The notes beneath the pieces were generated by a model. That model was not told the origin of the DNA. It was given only the letters and a program-made list of their open reading frames with translations, and ran no database searches. The position numbers and the translations under genes are program-made. A stretch of 61,179 nucleotides of DNA from Perkinsus chesapeaki ATCC PRA-425 (Eukaryota > Protista > Perkinsozoa), in the NCBI GenBank assembly GCA_013115145.1, contig JAAPAO010000152.1, positions 1-61,179 on the forward strand, read 5' to 3'. Below, in pieces: positions 1 through 12,168 of the stretch; within the stretch, counting starts at the first letter, position 1, and every line of letters begins with the position of its first letter.

Positions 1-632
1 CGTGCTGTCCGTGCACGCGTGCCGCTTATTGACGACCACAACTAAACTTGTCTACTTCGTAAACCTCACATATAGTCCGCTGGCCGCCGTTGCATCTCTC
101 GTGTGTAGCGCAGAGACGTCAACACAATGGGAGTCAAAAGGCAAGAAAATGTGGAGCAGTAACCTGCTAGGTTCGACATCGATTTCGCGGTAGCTTGCCA
201 GTTGAATTCTATGTTAAAGCCTCAGAGCATTCTTACGACAGAACATTACCGATATACTCCTGGAATAAGAGCGCGACGTCGCCTGATTTCAAGGCAGATG
301 ATTGAAGCTCGAACCGGACAAACTATGAGAATTCACGCCCCGCTGAGACTCAGCCGCTGGCAACCGGGACACCTTACCGGTGCGCATACGTGCGTGACCG
401 AGAAACCGACTAGTCCGGAATTTACTTCGAAACACGCCGTGTGCTGAAGAACAACGGTATCGCTGAAAGAGCCGTGCCGCCCTTGATGCACTCCGAGGGG
501 AAGAAGAATCTCGCCAGTTTGATATAACAAGATCAGCTCTAATTCGCCTCACTGTTTTGGTTCCGCGATTCGCGCTCACTCTGTCATTGTTAAGCTAGTT
601 CGGAGACGAGTAGTTGAAATTTTACTTCTTAT

Positions 633-1631
633 ATGTGGCAAAAGCTTCGCAAACTTTCCCTCTTGCTCTCCGCGGCAATGGCTATCAAGTCCGCCAAAGA
701 AAGCCCATCTTATGCTGGTACTCCACCACCTTCGAACGACCCTTTGTACTCGGAGCAGGCACCATACATGGAAGCCATCAACCTTCCAGGAGCTTGGAGG
801 CGCCTGACATCGACCAGGGTGGGGAGGCACAGAGTTATTGTGGCAGTCGTAGACACTGGGGTGAAAAAGGACCACCCCGATCTAGTTGGTAACCTTGTCG
901 AGGGCTACAATGTGGTCATGCGCAATAGTAGTACTGATGATCAGACTGGGCATGGTACCTCTATGGCTGGTATCCTTGGTGCCAAGATCAACAATTCTAT
1001 TGGTTTAGCCGGTGTTATGGACCTCGTAAGCATTATGCCCATCTCTGTTGGTAGAGACTTCACGGAACAGACTGAGTCTCTAGCTGTCGACTACGCCATC
1101 CGCAACCAGAAAGGAAAAGGTATCAAAATACTAATCATGCCATTCTCAGGCGAAGTAGAGAGGCCGTTGTTTATCAAGAAACTTAGAGAAGCCGACAAGG
1201 CGGGTATACTTATGATAGTCTCTGCTGGGAATACAGGAAGTAACACTACCATCAACAAAAGATTTCCTTGTGCTCTGACTACAGAGCTTAATGGAATGAT
1301 ATGTGTCGCGGCAACCGAGCAGGTGAAGATGAGGTTGTCCGAGCTCTCGAGTTTCGCTAACTATGTTGACATCGCTGCACCAGGCGTGAACATCGTTACT
1401 ACGGGTAGGGATAAAACGTATCCGAAATTCGGAGGAACATGTCCAGCGGCGTCAATTATCGCTGGTGTTGCTGCGATACTCTACAGTATTGCACCCGGTC
1501 TGTCTTCTCGTGACGTGAAGAACATTCTCAAGGATACCGCCAAGAAGGGCCTCGAGGATAATACTGGAAAAGTTACTCTCCCATTCGGACGTGTTGATGC
1601 TGATGCGGCTGTAGCGAGGCTTATTCTATGA
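633..1631 (+). CDS. Peptidase S8 (subtilisin-like) protein, single exon, catalytic Ser replaced by Cys
   Basis: Signal-like N-terminus. VAVVDTG (D74), GHGTSMAG (H107), SAGN (oxyanion N200), DIAAPG, and GGTCPAASIIAGVAA at the GTSMAxPHVAG position (C270, TGT at 1440-1442). Confidence 0.92.
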   Translation: MWQKLRKLSLLLSAAMAIKSAKESPSYAGTPPPSNDPLYSEQAPYMEAINLPGAWRRLTSTRVGRHRVIVAVVDTGVKKDHPDLVGNLVEGYNVVMRNSSTDDQTGHGTSMAGILGAKINNSIGLAGVMDLVSIMPISVGRDFTEQTESLAVDYAIRNQKGKGIKILIMPFSGEVERPLFIKKLREADKAGILMIVSAGNTGSNTTINKRFPCALTTELNGMICVAATEQVKMRLSELSSFANYVDIAAPGVNIVTTGRDKTYPKFGGTCPAASIIAGVAAILYSIAPGLSSRDVKNILKDTAKKGLEDNTGKVTLPFGRVDADAAVARLIL

Positions 1632-2576
1632 CATCTATGATATGAAAATACTGTATATAGGTCAGTCTGGTTCCCGTAGGCCATACTCTCTTCAGTTTTG
1701 ACTCAAAGTAACATTGTTCGAGTCGTTAGACGAACCAAGCTTTTTCTTGACACTTTATGTGCTACCGTGCGACAAGAACGTACATGTGGTTCGCTCATTA
1801 GGAAGTATGACCGTCATCTGCCATAATGGACAGATGGTATCTATGTCATTTCTAGTTGAGAAGTGTCCCTGAACACCTCAGCCGTATGCGCTCAAATCTC
1901 AGCTAGAAAGTTTTCAGTAAAAATAAACTTGTTGCGTTTGAAGTGGAAAGACATCATGTGGTAGAATGTCTAGTCAAGAAAGAACTTGCCGAGGGCTGGT
2001 ATATCGAGCGACGATATGTATAAATCAGTACTACGATACTTCGTGAGATTGGACCTTCCAATCTTCACCCTGGAATTCTTACAATCGAAGTGTAGAGGTC
2101 CGCGGTAGTCGCCAGATACTCGATCGCGGATATCCGATGAAAGAGTAATGGGTGTTCCATAACTTTTCATGCTATTTCGGATGAGAGTTTCTCACCATCC
2201 AGGAGGCGTTTCATAATGAAGTTTCGGTAGCACTAGCCGAGTTCCACACCGGTAATCGGACTCTGGCCTCCACACCAGCTCGGGTGCGTAAAAATTTTTC
2301 GGAAGGTCAAAAAGGGTATCGAGTTGGATTGTATTCATCCATTATACACTCCAGTAATTGACGTTGCAAAAGGCTGATAGTTATCCCAGAGGAAACTTGT
2401 TCTAGGTAATGCCAAGGGGCACAGGCATGATTAGACTACCGTGAGACATTGTAGTTCAACTTAGAGCACATACAGACAATAGACGCTCCCACAGATTCAA
2501 AAGACTAGTAGACTGATGATCATAATGAAGACTTTGCTAATTCTTGCAGCGCTGCACTTCAACGTCAACGCAGAGC

Positions 2577-4807
2577 TCATGAAATGGTGGCCTCAGTAGG
2601 GTCTCGCATCGTGAGGGTGATGGCACCAAATGGACTGATGTGAAAATATGAATGCAAAGATGACCAGTGAACTGCAACGCACCTTGGTTGCTTGACATCG
2701 ATTTCACCGTGAGCTGCCAGTAGCAGCGTATGATAAAGGCTCTTTACAGCTAGATAACGAGATGCTCCATCGAGACCGCTGGGAGCGAGAGTGGAGAAAC
2801 CAACAGCCTGGGCAGCGGCGTAGTCGAGCCTTTACAGGTGGAATATGTTACCTTCGGGTTTTCCACTTCTCCAGCACCCTCCTGACGAGCGACTGTGTTC
2901 CTTATGAGATTCTTGAAGGCGAAAGTGTGGGAGTCAAACCCTTTCAAGCCTCCACGTTGATCGTACTGAGTATTCGGGTCAATGGAGGCACGCAGCCTGA
3001 CAATACATTACTTACCGCTTGAGTAGACAAAGAAGACTTACGTTTCCATTGATAAATGTGTAGGAGGGAACTTCCCTGCCGCTTGATTAGCAGTATTAAG
3101 ACTGCTAACTTCCTGGCTGTGCGGTGTGGCTGGTTCAGATGGAGTTTGGGGTGTTCTAGCAAATACATCAGATAACAATGAGACCCTTTCCTGTCTCCCA
3201 CCATTCAGCATAGTCGCTGAAAAGACAAGGCTGCTGCTGCCATAATAATGCTAATTGAAAAGCTCACAGTCTAGTGGTGTTGGTGGCTCCATGAATGCCT
3301 CCTCAAGTTCGGTGGCACCGAGCTGGTCACGCAACTCATCTACTTCCATATCGTCATTAGGCGTCATCGGGGGCTGCTGTCCCTGACCGCCTCCCCACAG
3401 CCCAACAGGAAAAGACCCTTCCTCAATACTTTTAGTCAAATCAGGGCCGAGGAAATCCAGTCTGGTGGAGGCCGGTGAGGCCCTTATATAGTCCGCCGGC
3501 CGCCATTGCATCTCTCGCGTTCGTGCTATCAGCTCATCATTGGCAACCCATTGATCATACTCAGCCTGATTGATGTGAACTTGCCTATCAAGCCTCGTTC
3601 TCTTCGGTCGCCTCTGCACACCGCTGCTGGCTCGGCGTTTAGCTCGTGCTCGACGAACTGGTGGCACGGATGAGCCTCGGGAGGAAGGTAATGGTACTCC
3701 AGGTCCCGCAGATACTGGGCTACCCACGGAAGGCGGGGGAGCATCGCCATGCGCTGAGGGTGTCTGAAAAGGGTTTCTCAATGGAGGCTGAGACAACCTC
3801 GGCATCAACCTACCATAAGCTCGTCGAGAGGAGGAGGAGCGTCTCCCGCCATGCTAGGCGGGTCAACTCTATCGCTGGCGTTAGAGAGAGAAAGCTCGCG
3901 CAGTTCCGCTGATGTAAGCATAGGCAGTTGACTGTTACCCACCACTTCACCACTCTCAACCAGGCCTGACCGTTCCTCGAGAGGATATCTACACGCATAT
4001 GACTCACCCTCGGCATTCCTTCGTCGTCCTTCATCATGGCTACCCTCAGACGGTGGAGTGGCATCAGCTAGCCTTGTCGGCACTGAGTCTGTGACCGAGG
4101 TCGGGTGGTCACTGCCGACCCGATGCCTTCTAGCGTTCCTCTCCTATCACAATGTCTTCACTTGCCATCATATCAGCAGCTCACCTCTACTTCCTCCTCT
4201 TCATCATCAGCTGGCTGTTCCTTTCGTTTCCTCTGTTTACGCTTCCTCTTAGCCCCAGCGGCGGCATCCCCGTCAGATCCGTCTTCACCAGTGATGCCTT
4301 TGGTCGACCGAAGGGTCTCGCGGAATCTATAACACATTCAACGACGGAGACAACAGCTGAAATGATATCACTTTGCCATGACATTGTCACACCTCTTCAA
4401 GATAAGATCGGCCTTACGACTGAACAGCACACAGACGCCTTTGACTAGCAGGCCGTAAACTCGAAGGGACACCTGATCATCTACCGCACTGCAGTTAACA
4501 GTCCTTTAGGGATGACTTGCCTGACGCTTGTCCTTTCTCCCTGGATGACCGACGTCCCCTAATCTGCCATTTGCCGACACTATGGCCCTCATGAGCTCAG
4601 AGACCTTCTCTGCTATATCGATGTCAATCTGCCCTCGCTTAAGTCGGACGACCCTCGTTGCGGCGATCCAAAACTCCGTGAAGTCCCTGAAGCTCTAGAC
4701 GCTACTTCCCTTTCGAAGTAACTCACCTACTTCTGGAGACTTGGTACGTCCTTTGCCACCGATGCCGTAGTGGTGTCCGAGGCAGCAGCTACTGATGAAG
4801 GGGACAT
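2577..4807 (-). CDS. Rad21/Rec8-family kleisin (cohesin subunit), multi-exon
   Basis: Hand-spliced N-terminus GVWIAATRVVRL...SLRVYGLLVKGVCVLFSRKADLILKRCD resembles Rad21_Rec8_N. Central KRTRLDRQVHINQAEYDQWV. C-terminal winged-helix-like FSTLAPSG...SLYHTLLLAAHGEIDVKQPSPFGAITL, with TGA at 2577-2579. Confidence 0.75.
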
Positions 4808-4883
4808 ACTGTACGAGTAGCTAATGACGTGAAACGCCTGCGAGAGTCTCCAACGCGAGGCGGAAGGGGGCAGGAAACGACGG

Positions 4884-6724
4884 TCAATTGTGCTTGGGAT
4901 GATCCCTTTGTTGGAGGCGTGCTGCTGCTGCAGCCATCCTCTTCTGCTCCTTCCTCACTTTCATACTGGTCGATACAGCAGCGGCACCAGCAGCTCCACA
5001 GGCCCCTTGATGAGTCAGATTAGAGAAAAACAGGAAGTTGGGATTCCCAGTGTTCCGACCAAGCCACAGTAAGGTCATCGCCGGATGAAGTAACAAAGCT
5101 GAAACGGCCGAAAGATACGCCATGATAGATGCGTCTCGATGGGCCTACTCATTGTCCCCACAGAGAGGAACAGGATCATGTACTGCTCATAGTTGTTGGG
5201 CTGCTGCTTCTGCTTCTGCTCTTGTTGCTTGTCGGCATCCTCAGCTGGCTGGCTGTCCCCTTCCTCATAAATCTTAGTAAAGCCCTCGACGGAAGTGAGG
5301 TCTTTAAAGTGTAGCAGTAGAAGCTCGCACAGCATGACGTAGTCCAAAGCCTGATGATGAAGATAAAGGCAGCTAAGAGGAGACTTATTACCGTTGGATA
5401 TGGCTGGAAGAGAACACAAAGGGACATTACACTCCAGGTATGGGCTCTGAAAGGGAAGATAACATACGACGATATGGGGAGGAGGGTAAAATGGATTCTA
5501 GCTTTACCCATGGCGATGGGCTACTCAAAAAAGGACTACTAGGACTAGTACCAGGATACCTGGTACTAGTCCTAGTACTCGCTGGGATAGTTCAATGGAC
5601 GGTACTAACGCTCGATATAAAGGCTAATACCTTGCAGCACAGTGTTAAAGATGACGCACATGAAACCGTAAGATACTCCTCGAGAGGGGCAAACACGAAT
5701 GACAACTTACTGTCGGGCATACTCGCCACCATGGGCCCCAAGACGGAAGTAGATGGGCAGGACGTGGGTTAAAGGCAACAGCTGGAACACGAAGAGGAAT
5801 AGGGAATAGAACCTGATAATAGAGTGTCGGGGGGATGCCAGGGGGGAGGGGGGTTTACCGAGGGAAGACCTCTGTGAAGATGTACCAATGCAGCCCTATA
5901 TTAGGCTGAAGCTCACTCATCAGAAAGGGGTCTATGTAGGTGCCTCGAAGCGATGCCCAAAACGCCTCTACATCGCCCATAATGACAAAGGAAGCTGCCA
6001 GCAGTGATGCTAGGAAAATACCTGAAGAGGCTTCTATGGGATCAAGAAAGGGGGGCCTACCGGTGGAGAGGGCATTGCGCATGAGAGCACTCCAAAGGCT
6101 GCTGCCACGTTGCCCGGGTGAAGCCTCCATGGCCGACTTAGATAGCAGCAAGGCGAATGGAAGGAGGGGGTTGCATCTTATATAGGCAAGAGAGGCTATT
6201 GAAATGCATCCCAGCAAACCAGGAGTGAGACATCCAGCCACCAGTGCCATCTGAAGGCTTTGGCCAGATAGGGCGAGGCATGATAAGAGACTAATGGGGT
6301 TGAAGAGGTACGCGGATGGAAGGAACAGTGATGAACCTCGGGATGCTATATAGAGGGCAATAGCACACACAACGTCAAAGAGGGCAAGGACCACCACCGC
6401 GCTCCATTGACCAGGCAGAATACTTGAAGTGAACGAGTGGGCAACGAGGACCAATGGGGGCTCATGGAAGAGACTACCAGCGTAGGGATCGGCACCTGAT
6501 GAAGGGTAGTAGCTTAGATGATGAAGGAAAGGAGCGGTACCAGTTTTAAAGGCAGCTGTAGCCTCCTGAAGCCTTTCATGGCTATTGATAGGAGAGTTAA
6601 GTTCTAGGATATGCTGTAGTATCGAAGGTGCGCCTAGGGAACTGAATAACAACAACCGAAAAGAGAAGCCAGCCACACATATCCATGCCAAACACCGTCG
6701 ACTAGCTGGACACGACGCTCTCAT
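4884..6724 (-). CDS. PIGU: GPI transamidase component PIG-U, multi-exon
   Basis: Motifs DPYAGSLFHEPPL, PNIGLHWYIFTEVFPRF, LFQPYPT and TGNPNFLFF in successive exons; multi-TM protein. Confidence 0.85.
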
Positions 6725-6953
6725 GGCTAAACCGAAAAACTATACAGGAATGGAGGATCCAGCAACTCCTCTCGACGCGACCCAACTCAACCCAGAGCAT
6801 GCCAGGTGCTGCATCACGGTCATGCAGGGGGGGAAGAGGAAGAAGGCCTCGACTTCAGGCAGTCGCTGCGAAATCGGGCCGCCGTTCGTCTTGCGTATGC
6901 TCCTCAGACGCCCTCCCTTTCTCGCTCATTCGCCTAAAAAAGCCGCTGGTGGT

Positions 6954-7590
6954 TCAGCAACGCCGACGCGGAATACCGATTCTTGAGGGGCCCTCTCGTA
7001 TAGGAGTTATTCTTATAAAATTCATTCTTATAGCAGCTCGGACAAACCACGCTGCCGATTTCTGGACCGGGGGACCAGTTCCCTAACAGAACCCCGCAGC
7101 CGCCTCGATGAGGAGCAAGACCGGCGGCTTACTGAGATTCAGCTGCAATTCACAGGAGCTGCATTTGAAACATGACTGGTGGTAGACCACACCATCCACC
7201 CGGCACTGAGGGTCGTTCATGTACACTGGACCATCACCTGAGTATCATATCAAAGCCCCGTCGATCTAAGGGCCTAGTACAGGCGGAACACCTATCACAG
7301 CCACCAACAGGGATGAGTACTCTAGGGGCTGCATGGGAGGGACCAGATGCCTCTGATGTGGGGACATGTTTCAAAAGTTAACCGGTACAAAGGCTGCTAC
7401 TCGAAGGCTGCTCATTGAGGTCTTTTCCAGTGCTCCTTTCAAACAGCTTCATTCGTTCAGCTATTGACAGTTGAGGGGTTGCTGCTGCTGCTGGCGAGGC
7501 ATCCTCATCCGACGAGGAGGAGGGGCTGTCCTCCATTGGCGTCGAGACCAATGGCGAGGCCTTTAATGGTGATTCAGGTGGTGACGCCAT
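6954..7590 (-). CDS. Small LIM-domain protein, multi-exon
   Basis: Hand-splicing gives CDRC-DGPVYMNDPQCRVDGVVY-HQSCFKCSSC-ELQLNLRNWSPGPEIGSVV-CPSC, a complete LIM zinc-ligand pattern, after a Ser/Pro-rich N-terminus. Confidence 0.7.
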
Positions 7591-7685
7591 TAATCTAACA
7601 GGAGCTACCCTTTTAATATCATAATTATAAAGAACAAGAGGCCTGATGGGTGAGATGTCAAACAACGTAGCACTGTACGGTAACA

Positions 7686-9704
7686 CTATTCGGGATCAAT
7701 ATGATCTAGTCCAGGGCGAGGTGGGACCAGGGCTCGACCGGCGGCAATCTCCTTCTTAATCAACTTTACACTGGATACGTTATCGGGGGACTCCGGCAAA
7801 GGAGCGTATGCAAGGTCCTGCCAGATTTGGACGAACTCAGATCGGGGGACACAACGCCCTCCGAAATCATCCAAGGTCTCACGCATATAGGGCATAGGAA
7901 AACCAAGATACCATAGCTTAACACCTACAAGAAGGTGAATCAACCTTCCCCGCATCTTATTGGGTTAACCACAAGATACCCCGAGATTCTCTTCCGGAAG
8001 CGGCATTGTTATCACCAAGAGACGGCGCCAAAAGCAACTGTTTCAGCATCGCCGATCAGATCGTCCTGGGCAAGCCCTCAACGGAGATCCAATCGAGCAA
8101 CAGGCAATGCATCTCTAGTATCAAGGTAAGACCTCCCGTCTCTAGTGCGTAAGTGTCCCTATTACCGATAAGGCTCAGCATGTGCCCCTCTACTCGGAGA
8201 AGGAGACGTCCAGCTGATCTGTGATCACGGATGGGCGTACTTGCGGTGAAGTCATGAAACACAGACCTGAATCATTTTCCTTTCACCGCGCGCCACGATA
8301 TTATTACCCTAGTATGAACCCCATACTGAGGGCAGCAATGTTGCCTGTTTCTGCATCCCGCAGTTCCCAAGCGATGAATCTGAGATGATCAGACGAGCCT
8401 GGATCGTCTCGTATGGCCAACAAGGCATCGAGGCAGCGGTCGTCCAGCCAGGTCCCTTGGTTAACCTTCTCATGGTACAGGGCACATACCTAGCGGAATG
8501 GTTAGAGAAGGTGTCTGGGGTTAGCAGGAGCAACAGGAACAAACTCTATTATGATAGCCTATACTCGATGGTAGCTTACAATATTGACAAGGTCTGGATT
8601 TCGTGGTAATTTTAATGCAATACTAGGAATGAACGCGTGAGAGAAGATGTAGTCACATGCTGCAAAGCCATAAGCTGATAGTAACTTCCTGCTTATTCCC
8701 AGATTCCTCCTATTGCCTCCTAGACACTTCCTATTGCCTCCTAGACACTTCCTACTGCCTCCTAGACACTTCCTATTGCCTCCTAGATGCTTCCCATTGC
8801 CTCCTAGACACTTGCTATTGCCTCCTAGACACTCCCTATTGCCTCCTAGATGCTTCCTATTGCCTCCTAGATACCCCTTTCTATTGGGAAGCATCTCCTT
8901 CTCCCTATTTAGTACCGTAAGGTCAGTCTCAAAGTCCATATTGATACTTAGGTAGAATGAATTCCGATACTTCCTCAATTTCTTCCCCTTCATCCACACT
9001 TTCGGATCAGTCGGCAGAGTAACACAGTACCGTTCCCTCGGATGCGGTATAAGAATCGTTTCCTTATGCGGCAAGGCGAATAGCCCCCACGTGAACATGT
9101 CTCTCCAAAACCTATATGACCAGCAATCAGACCATAGATACTCCCCCGAGCTGTGCAACAGCATCCCCTTCACCGCTGCCGCTGGCAGCTTGAAATGCTC
9201 CGGTCCCAAATACAATCGAGTGTTAATACCAAACCTTATCTTCGGTGATATCTTCTTCTCCTTAGTTCTGGCTTGTGCCATCATAATGATAGCGTCTCTT
9301 CCTTCATCATAGGTGTATAACAAATGATTGGTATCTGGTCTTAGACCAAAGCCCATGACAGTCCTATCCACTCGGTAAACTTGATAGTCTTCGATAACTG
9401 CATAATCCTCTCCAAGGCGGCTAAGCTGCAGAGTTGAGATGTCCACCTCGGATTTCTCAGGTATAGTGAACGCTAGACAGTTACATGTCGCCAACATGCG
9501 AAGGGATCTGGACGGGTTCTCGTACCCTGGATCACGAATACACTGGGGCATAACGGTAACTACCAATACCATCATTTTTCTGACACCTCTAGCTGTCGGG
9601 ATCAGTGACAACTTAAACTCAATATCTAGTAGGTCCAAAATGGCGGATGACCATTTTAACAACTTGCAATAATCCAGCAATCGGTTCTTCACACATTCTT
9701 GCAT
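7686..9704 (-). CDS. Leu/Phe-tRNA-protein transferase (Aat)-like aminoacyl transferase; start uncertain
   Basis: Spliced segments TWGLFALP...RYCVTLP...[31 protein letters not shown]...FIAWELRD...[14 protein letters not shown]...[15 protein letters not shown] follow the order of Aat-fold motifs. Confidence 0.65.
8710..8886. repeat. 21-bp minisatellite, 8 full copies plus a degenerate one, in a predicted intron
   Basis: Unit CTATTGCCTCCTAGACACTTC at 8710, 8731, 8752 ... 8857. Confidence 0.95.
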
Positions 9705-9857
9705 CAGTAGCACGACACATTCATCACCGTATACGAAAAATTCAATACTACTATCCCAAGTAAAGCACACTAAGGATGGTAATGACAGTGATAAGAACGC
9801 AGGCCAAATGACGATATGGCATTAGCAGTGGAGATGGTGGGGGATGATAGTCTGGAC

Positions 9858-12055
9858 TCAGCCTTGAAGATTCGCCATCTCCTTGATGAAGTTATGGGTA
9901 TCCAATGCCACATTAGACAATGTCGTTAATACCATACGATTAGCCTCTATGAATCCGACCTCATTATAAACTATACCGTACCTGATAACAGAAAACATCT
10001 TCAGTAACTAGTTACATCATATCCCATGCAGCTTCTCCGTTAAAAGGCACACATTCTACGGTTTAGCGGATTCGAGCCGTTTTGTTATAGCTTTCCATAT
10101 AGCATAGAAGGCGGAGAAGTGTCCTCCGATCACGTTATAGACTTAGAAAGTGATTCCGGCTGAAACAGCCTGACAGTCTAGGATTAGCACGCGCTGGGGT
10201 AAGCTACGACGAACCTTGGAGGTTTTGCTTTCTCGTCTAACTATATCAGTGTACACTCGACGGAGTTCACCGGAGATCTGCTGAAGTGTGGTACTTACTT
10301 ATTGCAAAAACGTTTAAGAATCATACTGAGCTGCCTGGCCTTGTGCCTTGGGCTGCGTGGAAATACGTGATGAGCAGCTTGAAACTGAAGGCCGCCATGG
10401 AACCAATCCATCCACCATGGACATGATATATCCAAGGAGGTCTTTAGTTGATGCGCCACAAAGGCTGGGTGATCCACTTCATCTGTGATAGCAGCAGCTT
10501 CAACCTATCAATCACGCACTTCGCGAAGTGATAGGCTGCAGGTTCTTACCTTGAGCGGACGCTCACTGACTTCATAGGTTGGCATAGCAAAGTGAGACAG
10601 AGTGATTTGGATATGAAGTATGCCAGCCACTGCATGAGATAATACAATAAAGCCTATCCGGCCACTTGTTGTTGGTAAGAAAGATACCAAATACGTATAC
10701 CTATCGGACTCGGTCTACTCGACTGCTGACAGGGAGGACGATGGTATTACCACAAGGCAAAGCCAGCCAATGCACAGAGCTCCCACTTGGGGCTCTTCAC
10801 TCCTTTCATTAATCTAGTCCTTCTATCAGACGTGAGAAGTAATACTGATTGTAGGTAAAGATTGAAGCGGGCAAACAGCATAACGATGTAATATCTGACA
10901 CCTCTAGCTGTGACACTTTGGAAACCCCCCGTCTTACAGGTAATGTTGCCTCGGTAAAATGTTCTTAGCAATAAAGTCTAATTTGAAGTACTGAAACGAC
11001 TCCTTTACAAGTCCGCGCCGTACTCCTATTTACCTTCTCGTGGTAAGTACTCCACAATCCTTTCCCCTTCTGATCCTGAGCTCTAACGATCTTCTCACTC
11101 ACAGCAAGAACCGGCATGTGTTGGATATCCGGGTCACAAGAAATTGAGTTAGTAGCCACGTGATGCACCTAAAGTATTTGTAATAAGTAAGAACTACATA
11201 TCACTTAACCATCTTAAACATCATTGGCTGTATATACCGACACCGGAGATTTCAAGGCCGAATTTAGACAAGTCACCGATTCTCTGCTAAGTGCAACTCA
11301 ACGAGCAAAGTCGCAAAAGCTACGTGTGAGGTGTCTGCCAGAGGAGTAGTCTTGGCATTACGTTATGAGTCGCCTTCCACCATCCAATAGAGATTCCTCC
11401 CAAAAAATTGCCGACAAAAACCGCCCAGTGATCGTCCCTAGCTTTATCATGGAACACGGCATTATGGCCAAGGTCATGGCCTGTAAAGGCTGCCTGTTGC
11501 CATACAAAGCCGAGGAGTAGGCCACCGAGGATCTGACAGAAGGACGATGAGAATACAAGAGTAATGGAATATCCTTATTACAGCAGACTGGAGGATAACC
11601 ACTGAGTAGACGGCCCCGGCAAGTAGCAGGCCGTACCACACGGCCAGCCCGAGGTAGTAGGTGAGATCGGTCTCAAACCACCCAGATGCCTCCATGTCAG
11701 CTACCAGCTTACGGAACTCGGCAGTGGCAGGAGAGACAGTGTAACCTTCAAGCCTCCCTGAGATGTGACGGATGGACGCAGATCAAGAGTAATTATTACC
11801 TATTCTGAAGGCTGGAAGGATTCTATTGACAACCTTAGGAGGATGGTTTGATATAAAAACATCCGTGGCATCAACATCACCAGCACAGTTCAAAATTGGT
11901 AGGATGCCACCTGGATGTCTATCGAGCCAGCTAGTAAGGTCGTATCTGAATCCAGGAGCAGTCTGTAATAGTGTTAGATGCACCCTCAGTACACATAACC
12001 ATGTACCACTATCCAGCATGATTCCCTTGAGGAGTGCTTCGCCACTTCCTCCCAT
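9858..12055 (-). CDS. Cytochrome b5-fused front-end fatty acid desaturase, most like sphingolipid delta-8 desaturases
   Basis: HPGG heme motif; His boxes HDLGH, HHVATNSISCDPDIQHMP and WMDWFHGGLQFQAAHHVFP; final exon YGIVYNEVGFIEANRMVLTTL...QG*. Confidence 0.9.
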
Positions 12056-12168
12056 GTAAACGACGGCAGTTGCGCAGTTCCTTCCTTCTGGGATGAGTTA
12101 GTCTGTATTGGGAAGTCCCCGACGCTGCTGCTGTGGCCGAGCCTACTACCTGAACACGGTCAGCCTTG

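Noticed and set aside
400-500. Integrase-like NNGIAERAV fragment, and similarity to 44362-44388
   Set aside because: Only ~9 aa, with no supporting upstream DDE motifs; the short nucleotide match is near chance expectation.
951-971. GTSMA after His107 as the catalytic Ser motif
   Set aside because: It sits in the HGTxxAG His helix. The true nucleophile position is ~160 residues later and is Cys; a naive motif scan would be misled.
2525-2600. Signal-peptide-like ORF MKTLLILAALHFNVNA on the + strand
   Set aside because: It stops after 24 codons and overlaps the antisense 3' end of the kleisin gene.
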